Shown here piece after piece: positions 62,671 through 64,000 of a stretch of 64,000 nucleotides of DNA (position 1 is its first letter; every line of letters begins with the position of its first letter). A program made the position numbers and the translations under genes. This stretch comes from Mobula hypostoma (lineage: Eukaryota): contig NC_086107.1 in NCBI RefSeq assembly GCF_963921235.1, positions 104,906,001 to 104,970,000 of the forward strand, read 5' to 3'. Under the pieces are notes generated by a model, which ran no database searches, was not told the origin of the DNA, and saw only the letters and a program-made list of their open reading frames with translations.

Positions 62671-62985
62671 GTCGCTAAAGATGACCTCATCCGTGATCAC
62701 TGATACATTCGTAAATAAACGTGAATATCACTTTGTATTTTTTTAAATTTGCAAATGCTGATTTGTATTTCTTTTAGACTGGTTTGACCTTTACCCTGGG
62801 ACTAATTCGGGGTCAGCCTGAGACTCCTCCCATCCCATGCAATGAGCAGAATCGGTTTGTTTCCAGAAAGTTTGTGCAATCAATTCTGGAGCGAAGTGCT
62901 CACACGCGCGCCGATAGTGGGCTCGAAGTTAATGTTTTTTTTTGTTCCGAGTTGAGTCGTGTTGCAAGTTTGAGGGAGTTCAGCT

Positions 62986-63063
62986 ATGTTTGGGATGATA
63001 AAAAACTCACTGCTCAGTCACACTGAACACAGACCGTGTCACACTGTCAGCTCAGACACCAAG
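62986..63063 (+). CDS. HEBP1: HEBP1 (heme-binding protein 1, SOUL family) first coding exon; gene continues beyond the window
   Basis: MFGMIKNSLLSHTEHRPCHTVSSDTK then a perfect AAG/GTAAG donor; aligns with recalled human [26 protein letters not shown] (same 26 codons); CpG-rich context. Confidence 0.88.
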
Positions 63064-63292
63064 GTAAGCCACATTAACTGTCCTGGCAATGTCATTGACT
63101 TCCCCGCACAGCAGCCGCCGGAGAATACCGTGACACATTGTTGTGCAGGATTAATAACCTCCCCTCCCTCTTTCTCCAGTCTCTTTTGGCCTCCACCCCA
63201 TTGCTGACTTTGGGGGCTGGCGCGGTGACAAAGGGCCGAAGGGTCTTACCGGCCAGGAAGAGTGTGGGCATGAGATCGCTTCGTATTGCTGT

Positions 63293-63319
<27 letters not shown>
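63293..63319. repeat. (TG)n microsatellite in HEBP1 intron 1
   Basis: Read directly from the sequence. Confidence 0.95.
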
Positions 63320-63324
<5 letters not shown>

Positions 63325-63663
63325 CAGCCCCTCACACGGCGAGAGGCTGGAATCCGCTTCACCTTCACAGCCCTGTGCTGATCTCCTCTGGGAGCCAGGA
63401 ATAAGTTAGGTAAAGAGGAGGGGCGGGAGGACGGACAAACGCCCCCTCCCCTGTAATCCTAGCAAAAATAAAACGCTACATACTCCCAGCAGGTCCATGG
63501 GGAGAAACAGGGTTAAATTTTGCAGAGGTCCCCGACCTGAATCTTAGTTTTTCTCCCCCCCCACCCCGTAGAGGCTGTTTTTCTCCCCCCTGGCATTTCC
63601 TTGTTCTATTTCAGATTTATGGTATTTAAAAAATATTTCTCTCTATTGTCCAACCCATATTGC

Positions 63664-64000
63664 AAAATAACCCATATAAAAGGAACAGAAAACGTGATGG
63701 CTGACTGTCTGTCAGGTGTTGACAACTTCAAATTCGCTGTGTTAGCCAAATAGCTGATAAAGATGTATATTTGTGTGTATCAAATAATGTATTCATGTTT
63801 GTAATTTTCACCCCGGTAAAAATCCTTAAAGGGGGGAAGTGTGACGAGAATACACATAGATTAAGATGTTAGCTGTCCTGTGCTGGCACCAGTGAGATCA
63901 GCAGTTGGTCTGCCACCTGTCTTCAGGAGAGAGAGAGATAAGGAAAACAATGGAGCAGCATTTGGAGATGTGTAATGAAGGGACGGGAGAGAGAGCTGTC
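63664..64000 (+). mobile_element. Ty3/gypsy (Gmr1-like) LTR retrotransposon 3' end: RNase H C-terminus, PPT and start of the 3' LTR
   Basis: ITHIKGTENVMADCLS from 63667; PPT AAAGGGGGGAAG at 63828-63839; TG at 63840. Confidence 0.75.

Overview
Vertebrate genomic DNA, most likely a cartilaginous fish such as a ray or skate. That assignment is inferred from the CR1, Rex/Babar, Penelope and SINE repeat landscape and is not proven. Three protein-coding genes lie on the + strand: the last three coding exons and a ~3.2 kb repeat-free 3'UTR of RBFOX2 (2688-~24210), the complete two-exon FMC1 gene (41542-44154), and coding exon 1 of HEBP1 (62986-63063). Two identical tRNA-Leu(AAG) genes sit head-to-head at 55041-55122 (-) and 55555-55636 (+). 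Most of the rest is transposon-derived: a stop-free CR1 ORF2 with substitutions at conserved acidic residues, nested in a Tc1 that is itself nested in a Rex/Babar 3' end; Penelope-like pieces; hAT MITEs; a (TAATC)n-tailed non-autonomous retroelement; a solo LTR; and a Gmr1-like LTR element end. There is also a 25-unit G-rich minisatellite. The most interesting signals are (1) minimal hammerhead ribozyme motifs in the Penelope pseudo-LTRs, (2) a candidate HDV/CPEB3-like ribozyme core at the 5' end of an RTE-like element, (3) an open alternative reading frame across the RBFOX2 3' exons, and (4) residual palindromic symmetry between the two tRNA genes. All comparisons to human proteins and repeat families are from memory; no search was run.
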